Below the pieces are notes generated by a model. The model saw only the letters and a list, made by a program, of their open reading frames with translations, did not search any database and was not told the DNA's origin. A stretch of DNA of 63,573 nucleotides, counting the filler, from Craspedostauros australis (Eukaryota): the NCBI GenBank assembly GCA_030167865.1. It is 25 parts of 25 records of this genome, joined end to end, with 100 filler letters (N's around TTAATTAATTAA, not from the genome) between each part and the next. Parts side by side here need not be neighbours in the genome. Positions count along the whole stretch, not along the records: positions 34,225 to 36,416 come from JALAGF010002057.1; positions 36,517 to 39,641 come from JALAGF010002058.1; positions 39,742 to 44,116 come from JALAGF010002061.1; positions 44,217 to 45,269 come from JALAGF010002062.1; positions 45,370 to 46,921 come from JALAGF010002063.1; 20 more parts are not named here. One strand, written 5' to 3'. The translations under genes and the position numbers were made by a program. Below, piece by piece: positions 34,735-47,021 of the stretch (position 1 is the first letter of the stretch; each line of letters begins with the position of its first letter).

Positions 34735-36113
34735 GGCAAGGCAGCAATCACAGGGCACACATTCACGGCTACTCTGGCTGCTACGGATTTCTGGCTGTTC
34801 TTTGCTGTCACAACCATGGAGAACAAGACCATCTACAGCGCTGACGTTTACAATGCATTTGCTGAGGCTTCTTGTGGTGCACAGAAGTACTACATGCATG
34901 TTGACAGCCCCTTTGCTGACTGGTGGCAGTCGTAGGGACGCGCACCCATTCCGTGTGGCTGCATGACTCTCATCAACAAGAATCTTCAGGGTCATTCCTG
35001 AGCACTATGGCAGTGGGCGGTACACATTGATGCACAGCTGCAGCGCATGGGTTTCAGGCCCATCATGCATGCTCTATGCCTATACCGCGGCGCTTACAAA
35101 GAACACGACATGCTCTTTCTATGTCAGGTTGATGACTTTGCCATTGCATGCAGCGATGTAGCGGCTTGCTCCACGATCTGCGATGAGCTTGGATTCGTTC
35201 CTGTTCATTCCCATGAAATAATTCAGCGTTCTCCAACACTTCATTGGTGCGGATCTGATCCAAACTTCCACACATGTCTCCATCCACAATAGTACACGTC
35301 TCAATAAGGTTTTCAAATGGCATGAGCAGAAGAAGATGAATGGTGCGCTCACTCCAATGGATGATGGCAATGCGCACATATGCAAGCTGGATGATTCGGA
35401 AGCCTTGGATGCATGCGGCCTCAAGCAGGCACAGGCAGACATTGAATGCTATTGTGAGGCTATTGGCAAACTCATCTGTCCCATGATCACCTGTAGGCCA
35501 GCCATCGCTTTTCCCATCGTGAAACTCTTGCAATTCTTGGCNAGGCTGGCCATAGATCATTTCGCTGTCGCCAAGCAGGTTTCTCGATATCTCTTCCACA
35601 CTCCCGCTCAAGGCATCGCGCTGCATTGCACCGACGCTGTCCCTGCACTACCGCCCATGCCTGTTCCAGCCAAGCAAATGCCAGCGCATGATGATGTATT
35701 TGGCCATCCAGCAGAACAACCCAATGTCCTCTAAAGGTATGCTGACAGTGATTGTGCCATGGACACTCAGCAACAACAGTCAGTGTTGTCCATCGTTTTC
35801 CATCTCGCTGCTGCTGCCGTCGCATGGAAACCGAGAGTGCAGATCACGGTCGCCATGTTCAGCACAGAGGCTGAACTTCTCTGTGCTTCCGATGCTGGTC
35901 GCATGGCATGATGCATTCGTTGCATCCTTGGCAAGCTTGGTGTACTTCAGCGGCGTGGTACGGTGCTGTATGAGAACAACTGAATTGCGCTCATGATGGC
36001 CAACGCACGGCAGCCCTCGCGTCGCACACACCATGGCGCCATTCGACATTTTGCTGTTCAACAGTGGGTGGAAAACAACCACATTGCGTTCGCAGAAACT
36101 TGTCTGCTTTGAT
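34735..36113 (+). pseudogene. Degenerate Copia (CoDi-like) reverse transcriptase and RNase H
   Basis: ENKTIYSADVYNAFAEA, LCQVDDFAIAC, CRPAIAF, YADSDCA, AVAWK...FSTEAE, VLYENN; several stops and frameshifts. Confidence 0.88.
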
Positions 36114-36516
36114 NNNNNNNNNNNNNNNNNNNNNNNNNNNNNNNNNNNNNNNNNNNNNNNNNNNNNNNNNNNNNNNNNNNNNNNNNNNNNNNNNGTGTGG
36201 CCAGCAACATGAAGCGAGCGGCGGCTGCAACTGAATAGAGTAGTTACATACTTTCGGATCGTTTGGTCGTCCCAGTCCATCAATTGTAGCGGGTGTCACA
36301 GTCTGGAAATTTTCCATCTGTGTGGACAGAGGCTTCACGCTTTTACTCCACCTCACACCGAAATCATAATTCTTGTGTTCTCTGCTTTGTACAGGCTCTC
36401 ACACCATGCACTCATCNNNNNNNNNNNNNNNNNNNNNNNNNNNNNNNNNNNNNNNNNNNNTTAATTAATTAANNNNNNNNNNNNNNNNNNNNNNNNNNNN
36501 NNNNNNNNNNNNNNNN

Positions 36517-38890
36517 CACCGCAAAATGGACTGCAACCTGGCACGGCAAATGACACAGAAACGAGACAGCAAGCGCACGCTTGTGAGTTCACAGAAGGAT
36601 GACCAGGAACCACGAGCAGGTGATTCCTCTATTTGTGTTGGCGATTTGCGTGCATGGAACAGAGACACCGAATGCATGACTGTGGGTGTCGCGCCCGTCG
36701 GATGACAACGAAAGCGGGTCCAACGCCGAGAAACACTCGGTGCTGTGTGAAGGACATGAACGACGCAGAAACCAACGCAGAACCAAACGACCACANNNNN
36801 NNNNNNNNNNNNNNNNNNNCACAAACGCCAACAACAACTCCCATTGGAGTACTATCGATACCACTTGCGTGTTTTTTGCATCGTCCTGACAGCATTGGTC
36901 GTATCAGTCTGATGCGGGGAAATGCTCGTGAACAAGTGCATAAAAACAGCCTTTTTTTTGAGCGACGACTATTTCCCCTGCTCCCAGGACGCGTCGACAT
37001 CATCGAATGTGCACATCCTGCGCCTGTTCTGCAAAACGGTCATGAAGTGCCGGTTCGCATCTCTTTTTGCTCCCCCATGACGCCATCACTGATGGGTATT
37101 TGTGCAACGGCGTTTCGACGGAAATTCTTTTCTCCACCGAAACAGAGAATACGATCAACTCAATCGCGCACCATCGACACATCCACGCCTTGACGAAGGA
37201 GGATCCGTCTTCACTGCACTTGCCCGCGCTCCCCATGCAGTCATCGCAGACACAGTCGCAACAATACAGAAGTGCAACACCCTCTTGTGCTGTGGTGACG
37301 TGTTGATGGCGATTTGACTTCTGCCAATGGTGCATGTAGTGGCTCCTCATTGTTCTCCCTGACGCCGCTGTGTTGCTTGCGAAAAGAGGGAGAATTGTTC
37401 AAATTTCTGCAGTGTGCATGGAGATCGCGACATCATTGTGAGATTATTGGATGGATGCCTTGTTCTTCCCCAACTCTTCGGGTGTGAGCGTCAACTCCAA
37501 TCCAGCCGTTGCCACCACCCACGTCATACCATCCGAATGCATTGAAGTACGACTAACGCAGAACCTCCTCGTGTCTGGCCATCGGCATCGTCATCACTGA
37601 TCGCAGGTATCGCACGTGTATGAGTATCGCAGCAGCACACACTGTCACACAGGGCAAACCAAAGGAAAGCCAACGCCCGCGGTGACACCAGCCAGTTGCG
37701 TGCAGGCTTGTGCACAAGTCGCGTCATCGCGTTGTGTACTGTAGTGATACATGAACAATCATGTCATCGTAACCATGCCAGTACAATACAAGCCAAGATG
37801 AGCAGTACTATTGGAATGACAATCATCTTGCTATTGTAACACACAAGTGCAGAAGTGTCTGTACAATACACCACATCAATGGCAACTGGTTTGTGACCTG
37901 AATAGAGCGCGAGCAGAGCAGGGTGGAGTAGAGTATTGGAGGAGGAGAGGAGTAGCTATCAGTGCAACAATGCACGAATGTGCCAACAACCATGGTTCAC
38001 TTCCATTTTGTGACGACAGCGGCAGCATGTTTGTGTGGTTCTGCTCTCGGGGCACATTGTGTGTTGTGTTGTTTGGGGCACACAGAGATGGACAAACTCA
38101 TATCACGGAGAACACATGCTTTGTCGCCCTCTTCGAAATCAAAGAACACTGCCCGCGACCAATGAGCTTGTGTTCGAGGAGGCACAGTTGAAGTTCGTCA
38201 AACACTGTCGTCGCCGCAAAATGTACCGCAACCGGACGGGGCGAATGGCACAGAAACGAGACTACTGGCGCGTGTTTTTGGGTCCGCGCCAGAATGCCGC
38301 ACGAGATCAACGCACAACAGAAATGGCTCAAAACCACCACCAAACCATGCACGACGCAAGCCATGGCAACGCAGTGGGGTCGGCATCGGTGGTGTATTGC
38401 TTCAAAACATGCATCACAATGCATTCGTTGACAGGAGGATGATCAGCAACCACGAGCAGTTGATTCCTCTATTTGTGTTGGCGATTTGCGCTCGATCGAA
38501 CAGAGACACCGAATGCATGAGTGTTTGTTTCATGCCCGTCGGATGACAGTGCAAGCGAGTCCAACGCCGAGAAGCACTCGGCGCTGTGTGAAGGGCATGA
38601 ACGACGCAGAAACCAGCGACGAACCAAACCACCACAGTTGGCGCCACCAAAACCAAGGAGCACAAACGCCGACAAAAGGAAGCAGGACGACAAACGCGAG
38701 CTCTGCTTGTTCGAAATCAGCTGTGTGGAACTCGCACAGAAATACTATCGATACTACTTGCGCTGAACTGCATTGTCGCAATTGTGTTGGTCATATCAGT
38801 CCAAAGTTAGGGAAGCAGTCCGTGAACAAATGCAGAAAATACGCTCTTTTTTTTGCAGGACGTCTATTTCTCCTGCTCCCCGTTGTTGTT
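36517..38890. repeat. Diverged direct repeat pair: about 36517-36990 and about 38210-38890
   Basis: Shared CGCAAAATG...CACAGAAACGAGAC, AACCACGAGCAG.TGATTCCTCTATTTGTGTTGGCGATTTGCG, TCCAACGCCGAGAA, CATGAACGACGCAGAAACCA, TACTATCGATAC. Confidence 0.8.
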
Positions 38891-39359
38891 GCTGTTTTGA
38901 GCTGTGGTCCTCGAAATTGTGTGTTCTCTCCTGCTCTGGAAGGATTCTGTTGCTGACACATGCTCACGGACGTAGCCACTTCTATACCGGTGGCGCGTAG
39001 GAGTCATTGCACAAGACCGGATGACTGCACCGGTCGATTGCCAGACGGTCCGACTCGGATGATCTCACAACACAACTACCTGGCTGGCTTGTCCTCAACG
39101 CGGACAAAAGGCATGACGTCATTGACGGTCAATGTCAGACTTCGATGGTAACCAACGGCAATGATGTTGCGACAGGTTCGGTGTTGCGTTGATTCCTCGC
39201 GTTGTGGACGAGTTGGCTCTGTTGTGTGCTTTCTCTGGTGTGTATTGTGTCAAGCAGCAAAGCATTGGTGGTGCCATCACTACATGTTGGCCACAACAGC
39301 CACACTTGTGAATACTACACAACATGATATTATGTAATGTATTGGAGCACAGTGACTTA

Positions 39360-39641
39360 TGTTGGAAATCCGGGGTAACCCAGCCTTATTAGTTATATCT
39401 GGTTACCTATTCCTGTTGTTGCATTCTTGGAACTGTGAGCATAACATCTTCAGCTCTTCCAATTCCATTTGCCATAGCATGTATAATCCACAGTAACATC
39501 ATGTCATACTGTTGCCTTCATGCTGTCTTCATGCTGTCTTCATCATGCATTCTCGCCTGTATTCATCGATCCTTTCATCAGGCATCTCCATCATGCATCT
39601 CATCATGCATATCATCATCTACATTCATGCGGTACGATTCC
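39360..39641. mobile_element. LTR family B terminal portion
   Basis: Begins TGTTGGAAATCCGGGGTAACCCAG. Confidence 0.85.
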
Positions 39642-39741
39642 NNNNNNNNNNNNNNNNNNNNNNNNNNNNNNNNNNNNNNNNNNNNTTAATTAATTAANNN
39701 NNNNNNNNNNNNNNNNNNNNNNNNNNNNNNNNNNNNNNNNN

Positions 39742-40054
39742 GCGAAATGAAACTACTGAAATGCATGATGAGATGCATGCAGAGAGCAGGAGATGGAATA
39801 TCTGAGATGAATGATAAGATGCACCGATACTGCAAGATGAGATGTACATGAAGTGCATGATGCATGACATGATGAAGCAGGAGACAGCACTACATGAGCA
39901 AGGGCAAGACTGTGTGCTACTGTGGATTATGTATGTTGTGGCAAATGAAATTGAAAGAGATGGAGATGTTGTACTCACAGTTCCAACAATGCAACAACAG
40001 GAATAGGTAATCAGATACTACTACTAGAGACTGGGTTACCCCGGATTTCCAACA
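39742..40054. mobile_element. LTR family B terminal portion interrupting the LRR domain
   Basis: Ends CTGGGTTACCCCGGATTTCCAACA. The LRR consensus breaks at exactly this point (LELEEN|CWKSG). Confidence 0.85.
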
Positions 40055-40850
40055 GTTCTCTTCCAGCTCAAGACCTGCCAAAGATGCAAATAGACCAATT
40101 TCGGATGGAAACTGCCCAGTGAAGCCGTTGAAATTCAGGTCAAGATGTCGCAATGCTGTCAATCGACCAATCTGAGAAGGAAGTGGTCCAGTGAAGCTGT
40201 TGTAATCCAGGCCAAGGCGTGCCAATGATGTCAGCAGGCCAATCTCGGATGGAAGCTGCCCAGTGAAGCCGTTGTAAACCAGGTCAAGGCATGCCAATGA
40301 TGTCAGCAGACCAATTTTGGATGGAAGCTGTCCAGTGAAGTCATTGTAATCCAGATCAAGATGTCGCATTGCTGTCAATCGACCAATCTGAGAAGGAAGT
40401 GGTCCAGCGAAGTTGTTGGAATCCAGGTCAAGACGTGTCAATTGTGTAAGTTGATGTATTTCTGACGGAAACGCACCTCGCAGTTCCATGTACACTAGAG
40501 TTAGCTCTGATAGCATACTCAACATGCCAATGTGACTGAAGATGATACCATCGATCTGTCCGCGAGTGCTGGAAGTCGTTTCCATTGACCATTGCTCAAG
40601 GTGTGAGAGATGATACAGGGCTGGATCGAGCGTGCCCTGCATGCCTTTGTCACCCAAAGCTACTTGTACCACATGGCCATTATCGCATGTCACACCACCA
40701 GAGGAAGAGTGCCAGTTGCACAGGTCAGTATCTGATAGAAAGCCCATCTTGTCGTTCCAATTGGCTCCATCGAGTGAAAAGTACATGCTCGCTACTACAT
40801 AGTATTCCAACAGGTGTGATGCATAGGCCTGCGCATTTCCTGTGATCATT

Positions 40851-41617
40851 TGTTGGAAATCCGGGGTTATTGTTAGTACTGTAATCAAATCCGCTGTTAG
40901 AAACTGTACCGTTTTAGAACTGTGAGCACAATCTCACTTTCTCTTCCGATTTCATTCTTCATGGTAGGCATCTGTCGCGGTGGCGACACGGGGCGTCCTG
41001 TTGTTCTTAGGTGCTTCTCTCCCCATTCATCATGCTCTGTTCTTGCTTCCTTGTCCTGGCATCGTTGTTGCTTGCCTCTGCATCGTTGTAGCTGTCTACG
41101 CTCGCATGGTAGGGATCTGCAGTCCTGAGCACTTGCCTATCACATGTTTCCGTCGTTGATCTCATGACGCCATCGTCCTACGATCGATGTCAACCTTGGT
41201 GATGTTCCAAACCTGCGGATGTTCTGATCCTTTCTGATGTTCCAAACCTGCAGATGTTCTTGTCCGTAGGAGGGGCGCGTGCTGTCCTCTGAAGGGGGTG
41301 CGTCACTTGCCCATCGGTCGGCTGTTCTGATCGACGTCGTCGTCTGCATGGTTGCTATGGTTGGTTTGGTATTGGGACCTCCTGATCCGCCATGGGTGTC
41401 GTCCTTACGTTACCAGAGGACAGACTACCCTCCTTGCGGTAGTACAGGTGTCAATTGCGTCCGTATCCTTAGTCATAGTCATAATGACATGGTATACAAA
41501 GGTGTGACAAATAGTCTCCGAACATGTGACGAATAATATTCAAAGCTGTGACGAATAATGTTGGGAGGTGCGGCAATCACGGGTATTACAACAAAGTCGT
41601 ACCCTCAATTCCTAACA
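40851..41617. mobile_element. Solo LTR, family B, 767 bp, TGTTGG...CTAACA, with 6-bp TSD ATCATT
   Basis: ATCATT at 40845-40850 and 41618-41623. Confidence 0.9.
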
Positions 41618-41768
41618 ATCATTGATGTGAGGTATTGGTGGTTGCCGTTTGCCATCCAGTTCAACGTCTGGTGCGCGGTACTGGTTGGGTTGGCGAGTAT
41701 GGCTGTATCGATGAAGGTAGGCTCTTCTTGGAGTGTGGGCAGGAGCACCTCCCAAATGGTGAAGAAAG

Positions 41769-41940
41769 TGACAATTCTCACTGAATTCCTAACTTCTTAC
41801 TTCTTTACTAATCGTACTAGTCAAAATACTGGTCGGAGGTTGTCCTCGGACAACATTCACAAATAAACAACAAGAGCTCCGACCAGGGCACGCAACACCA
41901 GGCCAATACGTCTACCATAGTTGCTTGTGCATGTTTGACA
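41769..41940. mobile_element. 172-bp solo LTR or TRIM-like insert, TG...CA, with 5-bp TSD GAAAG
   Basis: GAAAG at 41764-41768 and 41941-41945; removal restores the host frame. Confidence 0.85.
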
Positions 41941-41979
41941 GAAAGCATCCGATTGATCGGAGCTGTACGTTGGGTTCGA

Positions 41980-42437
41980 CGAGGGTAGATCACTCGGTAT
42001 ATCCGAGGGTAGATCACTTGGTACATCCGAGGGTAGATCACTTGGCATATCCGAGGGTAAATCACTTGGTACATCCGAGGGTAGATCACTTGGTACATCC
42101 GAGGGTCGATCACTTGGTACATCCGAGGGTAGATCACTTGGTACATCCGAGGGTAGATCACTCGGCATATCCGAGGGTAGATCACTCGGCATATCCGAGG
42201 GCAAATCACTCGGTACATCCGAGGGTCGATCACTTGGTACATCCGAGGGTAGATCACTTGGCATATCCGAGGGCAAATCACTCGGTACATCCGAGGGTAA
42301 ATCACTCGGCATATCCGAGGGTAAATCACTCGGTATATCCGAGGGCAGATCACTTGGTATATCCAAGGGTAGATCACTTGGTACATCCGAGGGTAGATCA
42401 CTCGGTATATCCGAGGGCAGACCACTCGGTATATCCG
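41980..42437 (-). repeat. 12/24-bp coding tandem repeat encoding PSD[I/V/M]PSD[L/R], about 38 tetrapeptides
   Basis: CCGAGGGTAGATCACTTGGTACAT units. Confidence 0.95.
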
Positions 42438-43451
42438 TGGGTGTGTGGGTTGGATTTTGTGATGGCTGATCAAGGGGGCCATCTGCGGTGGGCGGATTTC
42501 TCCTGCTGCCATCTATGTTGCTGTTGCTGCTGTTCTCGCCACTGGGGGAGAACACTACTCCTGCTGCAATGGCACCAGCTACGCCGACGACCAGGAACAC
42601 CACAGTAACAACACCTTTCCAGCTCCATCCTGCAGGATTATCACCATTTTCAGGGACGACCTCTGGAACTGCATCTGGAAGATCGATTTCATTCTCTGAG
42701 CTATCATCAGGGTTGTGTTGATGTCCTGGTGTTTGAGTTTCGAACAGTCGCGAAATCCTATGCAATTCCCTTTGCGTTTCAGCTATCCTTTGAGCTTGCA
42801 GTTCTGCTTCAGACGCGGTTGAGGCAATGGGAGCTGTGGGAGCAGTGGGAGCAATGGGGATTTCTGGCGGCAGTTCTGCTTCAGACGCATCATGTGTTGT
42901 CTCTTCATCCATTGTTGGGTATGAATTTGGCTGCGGCTGCGGCTGTGTAGTTGGGCTGTGCGTCGGTTGCACCAGCGACGAAGATGTGAATGGCACATGC
43001 GCAATACTTGGGCTCTCTCTGCCTCTCTCGAGATCGTGAGTGGTGGTGGTCACTGGAATAGGTTGTTGATGTATTGTGGGGGTGAGGAAATAAGATGCTC
43101 CAAACGATTTCAGGCATGCCAACAAGATCAATGTTGGGCGAGGCAGAGAGAGCAACTTCGCTTCTCTGCAGCAACAATCCCTTGATCGCACTAACCAGTG
43201 ACGTCGTGGTGGCATTTGCACCACGTTTGTCATTTGCATCCGTGGCGATGATAGTGGGCAGCTGAGGTGTCAACCATTGGTAGTGGTGCCCTTTCGTACC
43301 GTTTCGTACGCATTGGTGCTGTATCGTCCCCCATCGCACACGCTGTACTCGTACCACGCACTCTGACACTCATCCTTCTACTTCCACAGATGTTCTTTGC
43401 TTTCACGCACACGGACCGAACAGCCAAAGCGGTAATACTCGTCCGCTTCTT

Positions 43452-43502
43452 TGATCGCATGCTATGATCGCATGCTATGATCGCATGCTATGATCGCATG
43501 CT
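43452..43502. repeat. 13-bp tandem repeat TGATCGCATGCTA, about 4 copies, with an extra copy at about 43591
   Basis: Read directly. Confidence 0.9.
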
Positions 43503-44216
43503 CGGAAGGCGAACTACCAACAAGACGTAGAGGAATGAGTATTCAATGCGAACAGAGAAACAGAAGCCAAAGCAGACTCATCCGCTCCTATGATCGCATG
43601 CTAGGTCGCACCCTCGGAAGGCGATGGGTCCAGTACAGGTAACGAAAGAGGTAGGTCGGAGGGCAATGCCATCCATGCGAGTACACACCTCTCTACTGTA
43701 CACTCCAATCGTGTCCGCCAGTGACCTCCAAAGGCTCCTTTTGAGCGTTGCGTCGATGATCCCTTCGACATGAACTCTGCAACGATGACGATGAGAACGA
43801 TTTCCGAAGAAAGTGAGATGATACATTCTATTTACCGTATATCCCGCCCAACAACAAACAGTCCGACCTTCAGCCGTTCCATCGACAGAGAAACCAAACA
43901 AACGCGCCAACAATTAGAGGGATATCGCATTTCACATTCACACCCCTCCATTCATGTCACATGTGGCACTCACGTTCGGATTTCACTTTGGTACTCGTGA
44001 CTCGTTCGTGACCTACACAGAAAGACGACCAGTATGACTGAATCGGCTTCTCTTCTGTAGAATATAGTTCGAGTTTAGACTGATATGATCTGAATGCTTC
44101 GTTGCAGGTTATCGCANNNNNNNNNNNNNNNNNNNNNNNNNNNNNNNNNNNNNNNNNNNNTTAATTAATTAANNNNNNNNNNNNNNNNNNNNNNNNNNNN
44201 NNNNNNNNNNNNNNNN

Positions 44217-45269
44217 CGACGCGGACAGAGCCAGGTACGTCGGCAGCTTATCCGACAGACATCTCGCGTTCGACAAGATGAGCTGGGCCATCTCACGTCC
44301 CAAAGACAGATTGCCCAGGCCCAGCTCCACCTTCGATCGCGTCTCGAATAGACGCAAGGTCAGATCGTAGTGATCCACCCACTGGCTTGCACGATCCAAT
44401 GCCTGATTGGATTGGCCATCGAAGTGGGTCAGCTTGCACCAGGCGCGATGTGCATTCTGCAAATAGATGGAAGCGGCTGACAGAGCGGCCTTGCTCAACG
44501 CCAACTCGCCGATCTCAGTGTTGAGAGTGGTGATGTAGAGATGGTCCTTGCTCGGTGCGCTGTTGATGTGATCCGCAGCCACGAACAGCAGAGCCTCGTC
44601 TTCCAGGATGGTTCTTTCGATATCATCTGTGTTGTCGGTCTCCGTTTGGAACTCTCGGAGCTCCTCGTTGGCTTCACACTGCTTCCACACCTCGATGATC
44701 CGCTTGCCGATCCTTCCTCTCATTCGATTGCGTTCCTCACCGTATTCTATCAGCTCGTATGCCGCTTGCTGGATCCGATCGTGAACAAAGGCATACCGGA
44801 GCTCCGACGATGCCGATGGCTTGAGCACCTTCTCCTTCACACCCCCGTCCAGGATCTGCTGCAGCTGAGAGATGCTGAGCGACTCCATAGCGCTGGCGCT
44901 GCCGTTGGCAGTGGCACTACCATTGGTGGTCCCATTGCACGATGCTGGACCGTGCTCGATATGACCATCATCATGACCTTCCAGAACGTTGCCGTGCAGG
45001 ATGGCGAGCAGCGTGTAGATATGAAACTCGGAACGTTGGAGGTAGGATGCCACCGTCAGCACACAGCGCAACATGGAGCATGACAGCTGCTGCAGCTTGA
45101 GGGTCATCATCTGGACGACGGAGTCGGCGATCATTGGCAGCGGATCTCCATCTTCCGCTTTGACGTGGTTGAAGTTCCACTCCCACTGGAAGAAGATGCG
45201 TGAGTAGACCAGACAGTTGTGCCTCTCGAGCTGTTCCAATGCTTGCATCATGAAGAGCCAGTTGCCGTG
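44217..45269 (-). CDS. COG3899-type STAND/AAA ATPase family protein, middle part
   Basis: HGNWLFMMQAL (GNPFF-like), YAFVHDRIQQAAYELI, ADHIN, GELALSKAALSAASIYL, QWVDHYDLTLRL. Confidence 0.85.
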
Positions 45270-45369
45270 NNNNNNNNNNNNNNNNNNNNNNNNNNNNNNN
45301 NNNNNNNNNNNNNTTAATTAATTAANNNNNNNNNNNNNNNNNNNNNNNNNNNNNNNNNNNNNNNNNNNN

Positions 45370-46921
45370 AATGCACATCGCGCCTGGTGCAAGCTGACCC
45401 ACTTCGATGGCCAATCCAATCAGGCATTGGATCGTGCAAGCCAGTGGGTGGATCACTACGATCTGACCTTGCGTCTATTCGAGACGCGATCGAAGGTGGA
45501 GCTGGGCCTGGGCAATCTGTCTTTGGGACGTGAGATGGCCCAGCTCATCTTGTCGAACGCGAGATGTCTGTCGGATAAGCTGCCGACGTACCTGGCTCTG
45601 TCCGCGTCGTTGGGACGCGAGAACCTGCTGGTGGACGCGTTCGAGTCCGCGAGATCTCCATTGGTGAAGGCGGGTATGTTCCCTGCCCGTTTCTACATGG
45701 TCCACTTCTTGCGAGACATGGGGAAGATCAAGTCATTCTTCCGCAATGTGACAGACGATGAGATCTTGGGCTTGCCGCGTGTGACTGACACGGAGACCGT
45801 GTATTCATTCCGGTTGCTGCAAGAGATCGCTGTCCGTGCAATCCTGATAGGCGAGATGGTGCAGTTTCTGGCTGCCGTTGGGAAGCTCGTGCGGTGGATC
45901 ATGAAGAATGGGATCAACGGAGATTGTGGATACACCTTGGCTGTGTACGCGCTCATCACCTCCACAACCGGGGATCACGAAGGCAGTGTTCGATTCGCGA
46001 ATCTGGCCCACCGCATTCTGGATGAGATCCCTGGCAACAACGTACGCGCTGGTTGGGTTTACCTCACAAACAACCTGTACGTATACTCAATCTACAAGGA
46101 TCCTGTCGACATCATCGCATCATACCAGCAAGGATATCGAGTTTCGATGGGGGATGGTGATTTCGAGACGGGCTTTCTGAATTGGCAACTTGGTGTGATG
46201 CATGCCTACACCACAAGTTGCAACCTGGGCCAGATCCTGACCAACGGCGAGTCCATGCTCAACCAAGCCACTGTGTACCGTGTGGAAGGTGTGATTGGTA
46301 TGGGTTCCGAGATCATCCGGCTGATCCGGTTTCTCGCAAGTTCGTACAAGGAGATGGATTGGGAGAGCTTCAAGAACGAGGACACGGCGGGCGAAGGAAG
46401 TAACAAGGGCAGCAACAATGACGACACCATCAAGTCAACGACTGACCAAGACAGCCTTGAGGAGACGTCAACAGATGAAACGGACATCGAGATGTCTGAA
46501 TCTGACCTCAAGACACGCGCCACGTTCCGGTTCTGGGCCAAGACGCAGATGGCGCTCATGTTCTTCCAGTACGAGCTGGCAGAAGCCTTCATCAAGAAGT
46601 ACTGGGAGGCATCAGCGCACGACAAGAGCTACGAAAACGAAATGTGGAGACCGTTTCTGTCCGGTCTGATCGCATCTGGCCTCTACCGCAAGACACGACG
46701 GCCGGGATATCGGATGAAGCTGCGCAAGATGTACAAGGCTCTGAAGAAGATGCTCTCCATCCAAGGTTGCAACTGCCGAGACCGGTGCCTGCTGCTCAAG
46801 GCAGAGCTGGTCTCGCTCCAGGGCGGCAAGCTCCCCCACAAGGTGCTGGGGGCTTACAACCTCGCGATCCAGACCGCCTTGCACCATGGCCAAGTCCAGA
46901 CGGCGGCCTTGGGATGCGAGT
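45370..46921 (+). CDS. Same COG3899-type protein, downstream helical (TPR-like) region
   Basis: 45370-45609 is the reverse complement of 44217-44456. Motifs LPRVTD, GYRVSMGDGDFE, LLLKAE, YNLAIQTA...AALGCE. Confidence 0.85.
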
Positions 46922-47021
46922 NNNNNNNNNNNNNNNNNNNNNNNNNNNNNNNNNNNNNNNNNNNNTTAATTAATTAANNNNNNNNNNNNNNNNNNNNNNN
47001 NNNNNNNNNNNNNNNNNNNNN

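Larger units (their letters stand above)
40055..42912 (-). pseudogene. Diatom LRR receptor-like gene (TM, PSD stalk, N-cap, 24-aa LRRs) interrupted by LTR insertions. Coding pieces: 42912-41941, 41763-41618, 40844-40055
   Basis: Removing both inserts plus one TSD each restores one frame: ...SDQSDAF|FTIWEVLL...STAHQTLNW...YLTSMI|TGNAQAY...YFSLDGANW...DLCNW...LDLDYNDFTGQLPSKIGLLT. Confidence 0.88.

Noticed and set aside
41980..42437. CRISPR array or non-coding satellite
   Set aside because: In-frame PSDx stalk of the LRR gene
44217..45609. Divergent pair of ATPase genes
   Set aside because: 240-bp exact overlap; one gene in two contigs
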